This document shows, piece after piece, positions 39,018-53,409 of a DNA stretch of 64,000 nt. Location of the stretch: contig OZ024742.1 of NCBI GenBank assembly GCA_964016885.1, positions 214,830,001-214,894,000 on the forward strand, given 5' to 3'. This DNA comes from Eledone cirrhosa. Its lineage: Eukaryota. Position 1 is the stretch's first letter, and each line of letters starts with the position of its first letter. A program made the position numbers and the translations under genes. Under the pieces are notes generated by a model, which did no database searches, had not been told where the DNA came from, and worked only from the letters and a program-made list of their open reading frames with translations.

Positions 39018-40231
39018 AAGATGAGGCATGACATACCCTGACATAGTAGATGGTTAAGATTCAGTCATGGTTGTGATTAACTTATGACAAAACTCAATAT
39101 TTATACCCTAATATTGAGAACATGAGATAACATAATACAAACAATAGAGAGGGTGCGTGTAATAGAGCTTAATAATACATGGCATCAATATAACAGTTAT
39201 ATATTTTTTTATTTTTAAAAACTACTTGAGAAAGAGTAGAGAAAGGAATTAATAATATATATATATATTAAAAAATATGTTTGCTGAATGGTGAAAGTAC
39301 TACAAATGTTAGAGATATTACCATTTAGAGATATTAATACATTAAAATATAAAAATTTTAAATTGTTGAAGAAAATAGGATCATTTTGATGATTTATAGG
39401 AATATTATATATTACACAAAGTTGAATTTTGGCGATGTCTGCAAGAATTTAAAAAAAACTTTCCAGAGATTAATAGAGTTTTAGCAGTTAATTATATAAA
39501 AAATGTCTTCAATACACAATTTACAGAATTTTGATAAAGCTATATTTCGCTATGCAGGTGCTTTCTAAATCGTTTTCCAAGATATTGAAAAGCCAAACAT
39601 GTTATCCAAATATATAAATTCATAATTTTAACTACCTATTTATTTATATAAAATACAAAATCTACATTCCTCGTAACTCATATTATAAACAACCACCTAA
39701 AACTTGAACTACCTATTTATTTATTTATTTCTTTATTTATCTACATAAACCACAAAATCAACTCCCTCGTAACTCATATTATAAATAACTAACAATTACA
39801 AATTATCTCTTTAATAATAATACATATGCTATTATTAAAATATATATAGATATTTATATATTTAACCCACTACAATATAATAAGATAACAAACTTACAAA
39901 CATAATTCTCCATATAAATATATGCATAATATAGGTATATATTCAAATTTACTTCCGCCAAATTAACGGATTTAAGTGGTCTTCTGTTTCCCTTTTCCTT
40001 CTTCTTCTTCTTTTTCCTTTTCCTTTTTCTTCTTTCTTTCTTTTTCTCTTACTAACATAGCGTATAAAATAACGGTTTTTCAATCATATAACTCAACCTT
40101 ATTTACATATTCATTTGCATACTCATCCTAAAAGTTTTAAAAATCCGTTGTTTAATCTCACTACCCAAGGAAAATTCAACTGATAAGGTATGTTTCCTTG
40201 GCTATGTCAACATTTATAAAACATACTTTGT

Positions 40232-40290
40232 ATTTTACCTGATGAAAGCGTACCAAATTTTTGGTACTCTTGAAATATATATAATAGAAT
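40232..40290 (+). ncRNA. Type I minimal hammerhead ribozyme
   Basis: ATTTTAC-CTGATGA-stem II (GTACCAA/TTGGTAC)-GAAA-TATATA-TA-ATAGAAT. The mirror copy near 37722-37785 has GAAA changed to AAAA. Confidence 0.8.
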
Positions 40291-40452
40291 AAATATGGTT
40301 TTACAAATAGAGTTTCCATTTATTTAATACTATTGAATATTTACTCCAGAAAACTTGTCGAGTGCTCTAAATCAGTTATAAACATTTATATTTGTTGAAT
40401 TTCATAAAAATTAAATATCTCTTCTACTTATATATATATATATACACACATA

Positions 40453-40555
<103 letters not shown>

Positions 40556-40563
40556 ATAGATAG

Positions 40564-40609
<46 letters not shown>

Positions 40610-40893
40610 ATATATATATAGAATAGAATGAAACGCAATTTCCTTTCTCACTCTTAGTACGGCAGTTACTTAAATGTAAGAATGTATGTATGTATACGTA
40701 CATACATATATGTATACAGACGTACAGTAGTATGTATATATATACATACATGCACATATATATATATGCACCTATCTGTTTACCAAACATTTATTAGAAT
40801 GCTCGGTTTGTTTCTAAACAAACAATCAGCCCGAATTACGCCGTACAGTGTTTAGGCAACCACGTTACCTTTTTGTTCAACACTGACACAGGA

Positions 40894-40936
40894 ACGATGT
40901 ACTAGTTTCAAGCTTATTAGCTATCGTCAGCATCGT
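40894..40936 (-). ncRNA. Type I minimal hammerhead ribozyme
   Basis: ACGATG-CTGACGA-TAGCTaataAGCTT-GAAA-CTAG-TA-CATCGT. Confidence 0.87.
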
Positions 40937-41164
40937 ATACCTTCCTGCCAGATGGTTGAACGTCTGAAAGTATATAATTTCCTTATGCATATTAACGGCT
41001 GAGCAGCCTAATTTGTATATCGAATGAGTTTAGTCGGCCGGGCGCATCGAAAACGATAAATGGAATAGAATGAAACGAAATTTCATGTCTCACTCTGCTC
41101 AGCCGTTAATATCGATAAGGAAAGTATATACTTTCAGACGTTTAACCATCTGGCAAGAAGGTAT

Positions 41165-41207
41165 ACGATGCTGACGATAGTTAATAAGCTTGAAACTAGT
41201 ACATCGT
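41165..41207 (+). ncRNA. Type I minimal hammerhead ribozyme
   Basis: ACGATG-CTGACGA-TAGTTaataAGCTT-GAAA-CTAG-TA-CATCGT. Confidence 0.87.
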
Positions 41208-41422
41208 TCCTGTGTCAGTGTTGAACAAAAAGGTGAAGTGTTTGCCTAAACACTGTACGGCGTAATTCGGGATGTTTGTTTGTTTACAAACAAACAAACC
41301 GAGCATTATAATAAATGTTCGGTAAACCGATACGTGCATGTATATATGTGTGCATGTATGTATATATATACATACTACTGTACGTCTGTATACATATATG
41401 TATGTACGTATACATACATACT

Positions 41423-41473
<51 letters not shown>

Positions 41474-41474
41474 G

Positions 41475-41511
<37 letters not shown>

Positions 41512-43479
41512 AAAGAGAATTTGGGAGAGTGGGAGAGACAGAGCTATATACACAGAGAGACAGAGAGTGCGAGACATAAAACTTAATATGGATGTATGTA
41601 TATTTATGTATACTATAGAATAATGTAATATAATACAACAATAGAATAAAGGAAAAAATCATGCGAATCTCTCAGAAGGATGCTGAACGTTTGAGAGGGA
41701 AGGCGAAATTAGAATGATGAAAAGGTTTTGAGTATTTCAATGCTAAATGAAAATGGTAATAAATAAATAATGACTGCGAAATAAATGACGGTAGATGATA
41801 CGAAAATATCAATATGCAGAGAGTATATGATTTAAAGTTATATTAAACTGCGTCAGTATGCTGCATGAAATGGGCCAAGTTTTTACCGGGGAAATGTCAT
41901 TATTGATCGCATTTCATACCAATCATCATGTTCAGGATTATGAAGAAACTTTTTAATGAGTTTGGAAAATGATATACTCTAGAACTTAACAAGTTTGCGA
42001 GTAATAATGCACAATGTGAAATAAGAATATGAAAGTGTTTCTATTGCAGGAGTGAAGTATTTCAATATTTGCAAGACTTGTTTCTACAGGACACGGGGAA
42101 AATTGTATTATTGTCTATAGCAAATAACTGTGTTCAGTATTTACAAATGTGATGTTAATATGTCTTTGACGCTGAACCTAAAAAAACTTGAAATATGCGA
42201 ATAAATGAACAGTAAGCTCGACAGAGAGGAGCTGTATATTTTTGTAGTTTTAATTAGAGTAAATCTTTTTCTTTTACTACGTGTATTTTAGATCGATGCA
42301 AATCTAAAATTTCTTGTGCACGTATAATATTAAAGTGGGAATATAATTATTTTCTGTTTTATTGAATTAATGGGTATATTATGTATGCATTGAGTTTGGG
42401 GTAGTACTAGGTCTGGGTGTGTGGAGTTGAAATAAGATATTGAGAACGTGGGATAGAGCTGTAGATTTGGAACATTGTTATACATTTCTATACTGTAAGA
42501 ATCTACAATGACACTATTTAATGATACGAACTGCTACGTGAGAATTTTGTGTACACATGGTGTACTTTGTTATATTTCCATGCGGGTGTATATGAGGCCC
42601 TCATCATGTTCAGGAATGAATTTTGTAGGCATTATTTAAAAGCTTTTGCGAGGTAACAATTTACAGAATCTCAGGCCCCCTTTACTAATGTCTTCTATTT
42701 CTAATGGCAAGGAATATTTTTCTCCTTCAATTCACAGAAATGTCAGGAGATGGTGTGGTCTTCCGTTTTGATCCATATTCTAAAAGAGTAATTGGTTTGT
42801 GTGGAGCGGGTCTTGAACAATTATGAGTAAGTCTGATGTTTGTATTTTACGATCTGCTGGTGTGAATTGTCATCTATGTAGTACCTTTATACCTACTTCA
42901 ATTAAGAGTCTGAAAGTAGATTTAAGCAGCTGCATTAGCCATTGTTGGTTTTAGTCAGCTTAATTTATCTTGATATTAGGTGTTATAGAAGAACATATTT
43001 TCACCATATTCCTGTTGAATATGTTATGCTTCATTTGCTTTCGATTTCGAAGTCTACACAATGAACCTGGTGGTAATATATATTTCAAACAACTAGGCCC
43101 TAGAAGAAATAAAAAGATAGAGGGGAAACAGCAGAAGTAGGCATATTTTATGCAACTACAACAATTCGTCATTTCCATCAAATGTTAACTTACTTTCTAG
43201 TGGAGATGTATGCCATGTTACTCTCTCATGGGTAAAACAGAATTTTAGAACCATGATAGATTTATAACTACATATAACTACATAGCTAAATTATTTCAAC
43301 GGTGAGGATATATAAATAAATGAATTAATAAAATTCTGTTGACATACCGATTAAATTTTAGATTAATTTCGAATAAAGATTAAATAATGCTGTAGTAATT
43401 TCATTCTATGATGGCAAATGAATGGTATAAAAGACACACACACACTCATATATATTACGTTTTGAAATTTGTTTTGCAA

Positions 43480-43760
43480 GATTTCTTATCTGATAACGTG
43501 TGTTGAAACAGAGACTTTGTTATACTTTGGGAGGGTAATGCTGCCAATAAGAACATAAAATACAGAGGTGAAACAACCCGTAGTATAGGAGAAAGGATAA
43601 ATGAAGACTGGCGAGAACACCAGGGTGGTAAAAACTCATCAGTACTCCACCAACATGCCAAAGTAGAACATATGCACACATTAGAGAACACATAGATATA
43701 TATATATTATATATACACTCAGAAAGATGCAATGCTCAGACAAATCACACAAGCGACAGG
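43480..43760 (+). mobile_element. PLE GIY-YIG endonuclease relic
   Basis: 43558-43670 translates KYRGETTRSIGERINEDWREHQGGKNSSVLHQH. Confidence 0.65.
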
Positions 43761-46575
43761 CATAAGGAACTCCAATCAAAATTAAACATAAAATCAGTCG
43801 CACACAGATAGAACAAACAACAAGCTAGTGACAAGTAAATAAACACAAAAAAACACGCGCGCACACCCGGATGTAACGCATGCGAAAGCCAAGCACATAA
43901 CACACAGCTCACAAACACAAGATGGTGTAGGACAGAACAAAGGAGGGACACAAAATAAAAAGCTAGTCACTGAGGAGATCACAGGATGTGAGACGAAAGA
44001 GATTTGACAATATCTAAACAACCATCCGGTTATCGAACCAACCAACCAACCAACCAACCAGCCAACCGGAAACGTATGATATATTGAAGTAAAAATTAAG
44101 AGGTGTGTGCGTTTTTATTGGCAGCATAACCCTCCTAATGTATAACTATATATATATACCCTCTTATTTTAATGTACTACATATAGAAGTATAAATGTGT
44201 TCATCGTTAAAGTCCAATGCATTATAATTTGGGCATACAGTAGAAGGGAGGGTTGATGGAATACGGTCTATGTTGCTTTTTTTTACTAAGCCTCATAAGC
44301 CTTTGTAACTTAGGATGTTACGTGGCATTCTAACCGATGTATATTTCTCTTGGAGCATTGCTCAGACTCAGACGAAAGCAACATCAGAGCTATAATTGCA
44401 TCCAGCAATGAATGAACATACCATCCATATTTACGTCATCAATATCGAATACACATGGAGGAATGAGATGAGGCGTAATAATATTTCTCAATTGGCGTTC
44501 CGTTGATATTCCATGAGCCTACGAGAGAACATCTATTCAAATCTAAACAACTTCCACCTGTCTGAATCTAAAGCATCCTATTACACCTTATATGTTAATA
44601 TTATCATATGTTTTTTTCTTTGTGGTATCTGTATATGGAACAAAATAATGTTCTGCACTCATAAATCACTTCGTGTAATAAACAAATGCTACAGCGAAAA
44701 CGCAAAGCCGAAAGTGTTCTTGGTACATGTGACCTCTATGTAAAAGCTGCTGGTAACTAATTCCGTTGGAAAACAGATGGATGCGTGTTCTTACGTAGTT
44801 CAAATATCAAGGTTTAAGATGAAAATCTATGACGCATACAACTTCCCCAGATAGCTGTGTGGTTTAGAATCATGAGTTATCTAAACGATATTAAGAAGAA
44901 TCTTGCTCATTTCCATTTAAAATTCCTCAATAAGATACTAAGCAAATCATCGCAAGAATAAATCCCTATAATTGAAGGGTTGCAGATGGTGCAACTATCA
45001 AGCTTGATTTCAGTCCAATGTTAATGACAGCCACAATAGGTAGGCTGTGCTAAATGTATAGAAGCTAAAATAATTCCAAATCAGTTTCTTATTTGCTGTT
45101 TTTTTAAGCAGGTAACAGTAGAGGAAAATCCAAATTGAGTCTCAAATGCACCATTAGGTGTATCTTGGTGTGGTGCAATTTGGTTTGATCACAGAAATAG
45201 GATAATTTAGAAATGGCAACACGGCTGGGAGACAAAACAATCGGCATAGATGTTTCTATCGACTAACCGAAGACAAATGCAACTTTCCTGCTGAAACGGT
45301 ACACTATTCCAAAGAGGAAGGATTTGACTGACAAGCGGAATCTTTGGAAGGGCTCCCAATAACAACATTGGAATTATCAACGTAGCTTGTGAAATGTATA
45401 CGGTTGTAGATCATAGCAGCTTTAATTAACAAACAGATACACTGACACGCATATATATGTACGTATCTAAGAATGTGTAGATGGATACATTGATGGAGGG
45501 ATGGAGTGCCGGATGGATATATGGATAATCTGCATTATTCAATATTTAAATATTGGCAATCACTACTCATTGAGAAAGGCTATTTTAACATTTACACATA
45601 ACCACACAAATGCTGGTCAACGCGTTTAGTATTCGTGCGGTTAAACAAAATAAGCTTTTTTATGTAAGAAATCACATTTTATTAAAGAAAATCAATATTC
45701 AATATAAATATATAAAGGCTTAAATGAGTGAAACTTAAAAGAAATATTCAGTTATATGGAAAACAAACGCATCCACATTAATCAGATTCAATATCATAAA
45801 ATAAATTTTAATAAAAACAATTGCAACAAACCTACATTCTATCATTTAAATGGAGACAGTGACATAAAGGTACTAGTGTATTAAAATAAAATAATGTGGA
45901 TAAAGGAAATTGAAAACAAATAAATGTTGAATACACAGCAGAACATGCTGAAAAGCAGAAATTGGAATTACTCTTAACTCTTAACTCATCATAACCATAG
46001 ACTCTATTCTAGTATACTGCGAAAATAAATAGAACGTATAGGATAACGTATCCATAAAAGCCTCTATACAAATATGTTTGATAAATAGACATTTTGCCTA
46101 GTTGAGAACTACATCGTTTAAATAAAACCTATCAAATTGAAGAGAGAACAAGGAATACTGTCTAAATGCAGATTTCAGAATGAATATCTCTTAAAATAAA
46201 CACACTACCAAATGTACAGAATACTGGCAGCAGTTAAGTAACGCCCAAAACAAATAAAGAATGCATTGTGCCAGTAATCTGTCAGAAAGCATTCTTTATT
46301 TACGTCTACGTCTACAAGAGACTATTCGTTTCAAATTCCCTAGGGATATATCTGGAGAAACCTCCGGCTGTTTTAAAATGGGCTGGTTGCGTGTCATCTT
46401 CAGTATTTGTATGTTTTCACCGCATCGAAGAACACAGCTCCATTTCTAAATTCTGTGATGACCTTCTATACACATATACACATTTACACGCACACTCACA
46501 CATGGTCGTACTCATATATATATATATATATATATATCTTTATACACACATATATATATACACACACACACACAC

Positions 46576-46713
<138 letters not shown>

Positions 46714-46729
46714 GGCAATGAATTTCTTT

Positions 46730-46888
46730 TGCAAGGTTTTTGATATGAAATCGTTTGTCGAAACAAATATTGTTATACTTGGGGAGGGTCATATTATTGT
46801 AATAATATTGCCAGAAATAATAACAGTGAGTGTGTTCTGCTATTATTGCTGGCAATATTATTACAACAATATGATCCTCCCCAAGTGT

Positions 46889-46919
<31 letters not shown>

Positions 46920-48320
46920 CATTTATATATATATATATATATATACACAGATTGTCGAAGTGACTTCCAATTAATGAAGAATTTCTGTTCATATACTTGA
47001 GTTGCCATATTGTGTATGCAAAAATTAAAGGTATTCTTTATTTTTTGGTATCTAATGACGGTTGATGATTTAGGGAACTGTTTTGAAACGTCTTTCCCGC
47101 ATGCCCACTTATATCCAGGGCTCATTTTCCCCGAAGTTGATTCGGTGATGAAATGCAGCTATATATATTATTACTTGGGTGTTGCATTGTTGATCCAATG
47201 GGATTGACTCCGGATTTTTACATGAACATCTATATATTTGGGGGCTCAGGGATGCGTGATTACCTCTTTCAGGAACATGAATAACCAATGTTAACGGTAC
47301 GGGGTTAAAAGTATGGTGGTATCTATGTCCTAAGGAAATCTCCATATCTATGAGGGCTAAAAATGTCTTACATACATTGGTTTTTACATTCAATGATAAG
47401 GGAGGGCAGAACCATATGTTTGTTCTATGCCTTTGTTTTTCCTGTTAATTTTAGGACAAAATCTGGAGAGTGGGAAATATTCTCTAATTAAAATTGTGTT
47501 ATAGTATGTGCTGCTGTGTCAAAGAGAGCTTTGTTTGATGAGAGGTTAGAGAGCTGTTTGTTTAGATTGTTAACTAGAATTTTAACGACAATGGCGAGAT
47601 AGCATACGCTTTTACGTTTTCACAAGGCTTATGGCGCGATTAATATGTCTGTGTACGTGGGTCTAGATTAAAGTTTACAAACTAACACTAGTTAGATTGG
47701 TGGGTAATTTGATTTCTATTCCTAGGTCTCTAAACGTGGTTTATTAGTTTTTTCCTAAATGTGACAAGGTCATGGCCGTTTTAATGGCTCCATAGGGCAT
47801 ATACCAATCTAAAAATCAGAAAATTTGGTGCTTCAGATATCCGGAATAAAGCGTGTCACCAAATCACACATATCAGCGTTATCAAAGGAAATTAAATTGA
47901 TACAAAAATCGGTATTTTTCTGCAAAGTGTTATGACCCGATGATCCAAATCACGAGTATCAGCGAGGTCTAGTGATTTATCGAGCGTTTTTCTAGATATA
48001 GGTGGGTCCACGGTATGAAATTAAGCTTATCTTTCCCTATACGTGCGCTTAAGAGGTAATCCTATTTATACACACTGACTATTTTTCCATTGGTTTAGCT
48101 TAGAGTATTTCTTAATATTCGTATTTATATTTCTGGGTATTTTTAAGCGGGGTTAATGAGTCTGCATGTGGCGTTAGTGATAAAATCATCTTTGTTATCT
48201 TATAATATTATATTATTCTCCTTCTTTGCTAAGCATTCTAATTTATTTTCTGCTCTCATGGTAGTGGTGGTGTATTTCACCTCATTATCTCTGGCGTTAT
48301 ATGTGGTCAGGTGTCTTATA
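46730..48320 (-). mobile_element. Degenerate PLE ORF (RT to GIY-YIG)
   Basis: Broken translations TCRLINPA, LNQWKNS, DMCDLV, FRDLGIEI and GHRYHHTFN parallel the PLE at 31617-35052. Confidence 0.7.
46767..46896. repeat. 130-bp imperfect palindrome abutting (TA)n
   Basis: Arms 46767-46826 and 46837-46896. Confidence 0.85.
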
Positions 48321-48321
48321 T

Positions 48322-48480
48322 TTCATTCTTTAGAAATCATCAGGAATTTCTGATGATTTCTAAAGAATGAAACAGTTCTAGTCCTGTAGAACCTCATCTA
48401 TATTAAAACTTTAATACTTTACTATGTATTGAGTACCTCACTTACTGTGGTTACCTCCGATTCAACCCGGAATAACGTAC
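48322..48480 (+). mobile_element. PLE pLTR/tail fragment with a 22-bp snap-back
   Basis: TTCATTCTTTAGAAATCATCAG-gaattt-CTGATGATTTCTAAAGAATGAA. The tail matches 27480-27610. Confidence 0.7.
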
Positions 48481-48577
<97 letters not shown>

Positions 48578-49402
48578 TACGAGGTGAGTCTGAAATAAAA
48601 CAAAATTGTCGTCAAAAAAAAAAAAAAATTCAAATGAAAATTTCAAACAACCAAGTTTTTCCATTTTGAAATGGTCCCCCTCGAACCTAACGGACATTCC
48701 CACCCTTCTTTTCCACGCCTCAATGCACTCCCGGATTGATTGACCCGGGATTTCTACGCAGCTCCGTCGACACGACAATTTCGATGGCTTCCATCTCCGG
48801 AAATGTGTCCTTCCCACGATCCTCTTAAGCTTTGGTAAAAGGAAAACGTCTGGTTTGGTTTCAAGACCTTCGAAGATAGTTTAACACACCTGCATGCTCG
48901 AATCCTCCTTGTAATCGTTCAGCAGCTTCGATCCCTAATTTTCCCCATTCCCACATCTTCGGTGATAATCTTCCAAACGCTCTCGTGGTTCTTGCCCGGC
49001 TCACTTGCAATTACTCGAGAAGTCAGCCGCAATCCTCACGCACATCCCACTTTAGGCGCTCAACAGTGGCCTCTGTCCTTTCCATTGAATGCTTTCCACT
49101 TCTGGGTTGGTTTTCCACGTTCTCGCGTCCATCTTTGAACCTTTTGTGTCACTTGAAAACCCATGAAGGCGATGTCTTCTCATCTCCGTATATTTCTGGC
49201 CAGAAACGATACTCTTTGAACATCACTCGACAGCATAAAATTGAGAAATTGTTTATAAAAGCACGTGAAAAAAATCACAATGTCTTTGGTGAGCTACTTT
49301 CGCAATTATATACTCGCCAGATGTTACGTTGCTCGGTGCCGCAACCCGCTAATCCATAACCTACTCATAGCTCACATAAGACCTGGCACTAGACACCGTG
49401 TA
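48578..49402 (-). mobile_element. Internally deleted mariner (Tc1/mariner) DNA transposon relic
   Basis: TA-CGAGGTG terminus. Minus-strand translations FKDGRENVENQPRSG (HTH region) and WKRR...EGDHF (C-terminus). Confidence 0.8.
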
Positions 49403-49648
49403 TATACATACATTCGCACACACACGTTTATATATATATACACACGATATTTATATTTGGCAAGGGAGTTGATGTAAGATGTTATGTTGAAATTGAAACG
49501 AATAAACTGTTATGCTCGTTCCTTGTTTATTACTTCATTCTAATTTCTATAACAAAGGGTTCGTCGAACTCCATAATAGACAGTAAGCTTATGAAATAAA
49601 ACCACGTTCAGTTAATAATATTTGTGTTCTTAAAGGACTGGCTTAAAT

Positions 49649-49724
<76 letters not shown>

Positions 49725-49725
<1 letters not shown>

Positions 49726-49870
49726 CGAAGGAAATGTGGTAAGGAACCAGGTGGACCATAACGCACAAAAGTACTCAATACTTAGAGTAGTAGAGTGGGT
49801 AATAGAAACGAGTAGGACCCCGACGGCTGAGCTCAAGCCGTTTCGACGGCTAATTCTGGACTAAATAGCA
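49725..49870 (-). mobile_element. Mini element, family H, single arm plus tail
   Basis: Reverse complement of the 35205-35325 arm and tail, extended by GCTATTTAGTCCAGAATTAGCCGTC-GAAA. Confidence 0.85.
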
Positions 49871-50534
49871 TATATATGCGCACATGAATGTGTATACCCG
49901 TAAATGTTTGTTTCAGCTTGTGTGCATATCCGCTATTATATATGAACCTGTGTGTGTGAGCGAGTGTGTGTGTATATAAGTATCAGTTTGTGTGTGTGTA
50001 TGTATGTGCTTGTCTCTGTGTGTGTATTCGTGCGTGCATGTTTGTGTGTGTGTGTGTGGTTTATCAACATTGTTTGTATACACGTATGTAGCAATATTTA
50101 AAGTTATCTGGTATTTGGGCACACGCATATTGGAAGAGAATGTTTGAAATCAATAAACTGAGATTTGTCATTTGAAGACAATAATATTTCTGTAACACCG
50201 TGAACATTATTGTTATAACGGCAATATATTTGCACTTTGTATAATAGTAAGAGAGAAAATGGAAATAGAAAAATATTTCTTAGTAAATTTCTCTTTCGGA
50301 ATTAAGTCATATTACACATGTACACAACACAGAAATATAGAGAAAGTGAGAAATAGAAAGAGAGAAGAGAGAGAGAGTGAGAGAGAGAGAGAAAGAGAGG
50401 GGAGAGAGAGAGCAAGAGAGGGGGGGGGGAGATAGAGAGATAAAGAAATAACTCAATATTATATAAATATATATGAGTATGTGTGCGCATATGTGTGCAT
50501 ACATATATATATATACACACATACATATACATGC

Positions 50535-50567
<33 letters not shown>

Positions 50568-50606
50568 TGTATGCATGTATATGTATGTGTGTATATATAT
50601 ATATAT

Positions 50607-50796
50607 AGGAAAAAGTATGACCCCGACGGCAGAGCTCAAGCTGTTACGACGGCTATTTCTAGTCCAGAAATAGCCGTCGAAACGGCTTGAGCTCTGCTGT
50701 CGGGTCATACTTTTTCTTATTTCCCACTCTACTACCCTACGTATTGAGTACTCTGATGCGTTATGGTCCATCTGCTTCCTTGCCACAATTCCTTTG

Positions 50797-50798
<2 letters not shown>
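50607..50798 (+). mobile_element. Mini foldback-plus-tail element, family H
   Basis: ~53-bp arms around an AGTCC loop, then the tail. (TA)n flanks. Confidence 0.88.
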
Positions 50799-50854
<56 letters not shown>

Positions 50855-53238
50855 CATATATATATATATATAAAGAATGAGAGAGAGCGAGAGATATTTA
50901 TATGCATTTATATGTGTATAGGTATGCGTGTATATGAGTGTGTGTAGGAACGAATGTTTGTGTAAGTGTATGTGTGAGATTATGTGTGCACCGGAATCAA
51001 TATTATATATGTAATAGAAATAAGCTTTTATATTGCAAATATTGGCATTATTTGTAGTTACCATTGTATAATAAGGCATATAGTGAATGAAAGCAATAAA
51101 AGCAGGAGTTATTAGAGGATAAAGAAAATTACCATACGTAATAGCAGGTCCATAGTGTAAAGATATGAGTCCGTTACTAATATATTACATTATAGGAAAA
51201 TGTATTATAATACATGTAACACCGCTGAAAACAGAGATGATAGATTCATTTTGTCTCAAATCTCTGTGTATTCTAATTAATAAATTACTTGATGTCTATC
51301 TTTGGAGGTAATTATAGTGGGGAAACGTTGTCAGAAACTCTCAAGAGAATTGGACAGCAAACGATCTAAAGAGGAAACATACACCCCATGCTAGTGTTTT
51401 GGCCTTTAATCGCTTAGAGTAGTTTTGAAGAATATTTCTGAAAGCTGTTAACAATTTACACAAAAGTTCCCAGTTATTTGTTATACGATGTATTGTACAT
51501 GAGTACATAATTTTAAACATCGGTGGACATTTCATTGAAATAGACTTTAAATATATAAATGAATTTAGAAATCGAAATAGCTTGACAGCTGGGTTCATTG
51601 AATTTCGGTAACCTTGATATAAACGTGGCCGTCATTAATAAGAATGTAGTCGCTTACATTAATCTCAGAAGCTGTATGGTAATTTATTTTATTAACCAAG
51701 TGTTGATAAGCGAAAATTGGTTTGAAACCAGAACCAAAAGAAAATATGATACATCCCATAAATTACTACATATGGCTGTTACTGCTTGAGATAACAGGGT
51801 GTTCGACGATAATGAATAGATAATTTTGCGGGGAAAAATACTAATCTTGAAAAAGGATATTCAATTTCTTACACTCAAACTATTGTATGGACAGTTTTCT
51901 TTTATCGTGCCTAAATTCATGACACTTATGCCAAACAACGGCCGCAAATTAGTTACAGATAATTACACTCGTGATACACAGATTAATCACGTTTCTGGCA
52001 ATTAGATGCTATATAGAGGGAGCTACACATTTGATTTCTTGATTATTTAAAACAGTCTACAACATTGTTACACTACCCAACCCCCAGCCCATCCGAAGAA
52101 TAATAAGGTACAACGGAAGAATGGTATGATAACACTGAATAATTTATTATATAATTTAAATGAACTTAATTGACAGTGACAATATACAACACACAAGCAA
52201 CTTTGTAAGCGAGAACTAAAAAAGAATATTGATTATCAATAGTGCGAAACATTCTACGTATTCTCCCCTTTTATAATGAAAACTAAAAGCTCCGCTATAT
52301 AATATAAAAACATATCACAAATTGTATATTTTAATAATGAAATCAGAATTCTTTAACATAGTTAATGATTTCAAACATCGGTAAAAATTCGAAACAATTA
52401 TAATTGATTTTGGTAATAAAATGTGATTCCACACAAATATGTTGTTACATGTCCGTAAATCATTGATAATTGAAATATAACACCATTGACCTAACTGAGA
52501 TACATTTATTGTAGGCTTGCAGAAGCATACTTCATTACTCTGAGCATAAAAGTATTAATGAAAACACATCATTTCATTATATTTCAGATGAATTGCATTA
52601 GAAAGATGCTACCAATTTTTATATGCTCCGGAATCATAGAGTAATCCTTATAGCGTATCAAGCTGAACATCAGCAAAACGAACAAGGAATATAGACAAAA
52701 CCCCAAAGAAAATATTGAATCAGTAGCTTTCTCGAAAAACTATCTCTGTTCAACATATAGGTACTATGAGCCCGGACATCCAACAAAGATAATATTCATG
52801 CTATGTTTATGGGTAGGGCAAGCAACCCCATTCTGAAACGGTGAACAATCAAACGTCATTGCATTGAGCTGTGGAATATTCAATTACCTAGCGATGCCAA
52901 TTAGAGTAGAGGAGCTGCCAATCTCAATGACGTCACCAGGACACGCGTGCACATACATCTGATGTGTCTGTATTCTATCAAACTTAATATTGGCACCGAA
53001 GGATCTATGCCCTTGTCATCGCTTATTCAGCTTTTTGTCATCGACTGAACAACAACGCAACATGATCTGAATCAAACAATGGAGGAGCATATCATTTCAG
53101 AAACAACCTCCATATTTATTTTTCAATTATCTAATGTATGTGAGGAGACAGGCTTGTTGACGTCTTGAAACCACTGATAATACGTAGTTAACATTTAATA
53201 TATATACTATATATATATATATACTATATATATATATA

Positions 53239-53350
53239 TATGAAAATATTCAGGACTCCGACGGCTGGGCTCCGGCTGGAGCTCGGCGGTTGGGGTCCCG
53301 AATCTTTTCATATTACCCACTTTACTACCCCATTTTTCATCTGTTGTGAT
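53239..53350 (+). mobile_element. Diverged family-H-like hairpin with a shortened tail
   Basis: TGAAAATATTCAGGACTCCGACGGCTGGGCTCC and an imperfect complement, then TATTACCCACTTTTACTACC. Confidence 0.7.
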
Positions 53351-53409
53351 ATATATATATATATATATATGTAAGGAACTACTTATATATATATATATAT
53401 ATATATATA

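Larger units (their letters stand above)
37684..40428 (+). mobile_element. Non-coding PLE derivative with ~750-bp inverted arms and a 3' tail
   Basis: Arms 37684-38437 and 39588-40331. The termini resemble those of 31617-35052, and the tail contains GTCGAGTGCT. Confidence 0.88.
40621..41430 (-). mobile_element. Foldback PLE derivative with ~335-bp arms and a left tail, in (TA)n
   Basis: Arms 40673-41006 and 41095-41430, with a hammerhead in each arm. Confidence 0.88.

Noticed and set aside
41900-43100. Possible ancient PLE relic on the minus strand (YIDD, SCRNKSCK)
   Set aside because: Too decayed to delimit or support by eye.
44230-45400. Possible ancient RTE-clade RT relic
   Set aside because: Only faint motif echoes. 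Needs a profile search.
46261-46480. Higher-complexity island as a candidate host exon
   Set aside because: No recognisable protein motif or convincing splice pair.
52670-53130. Possible RTE 5' end and APE relic
   Set aside because: Insufficient conserved motif evidence.
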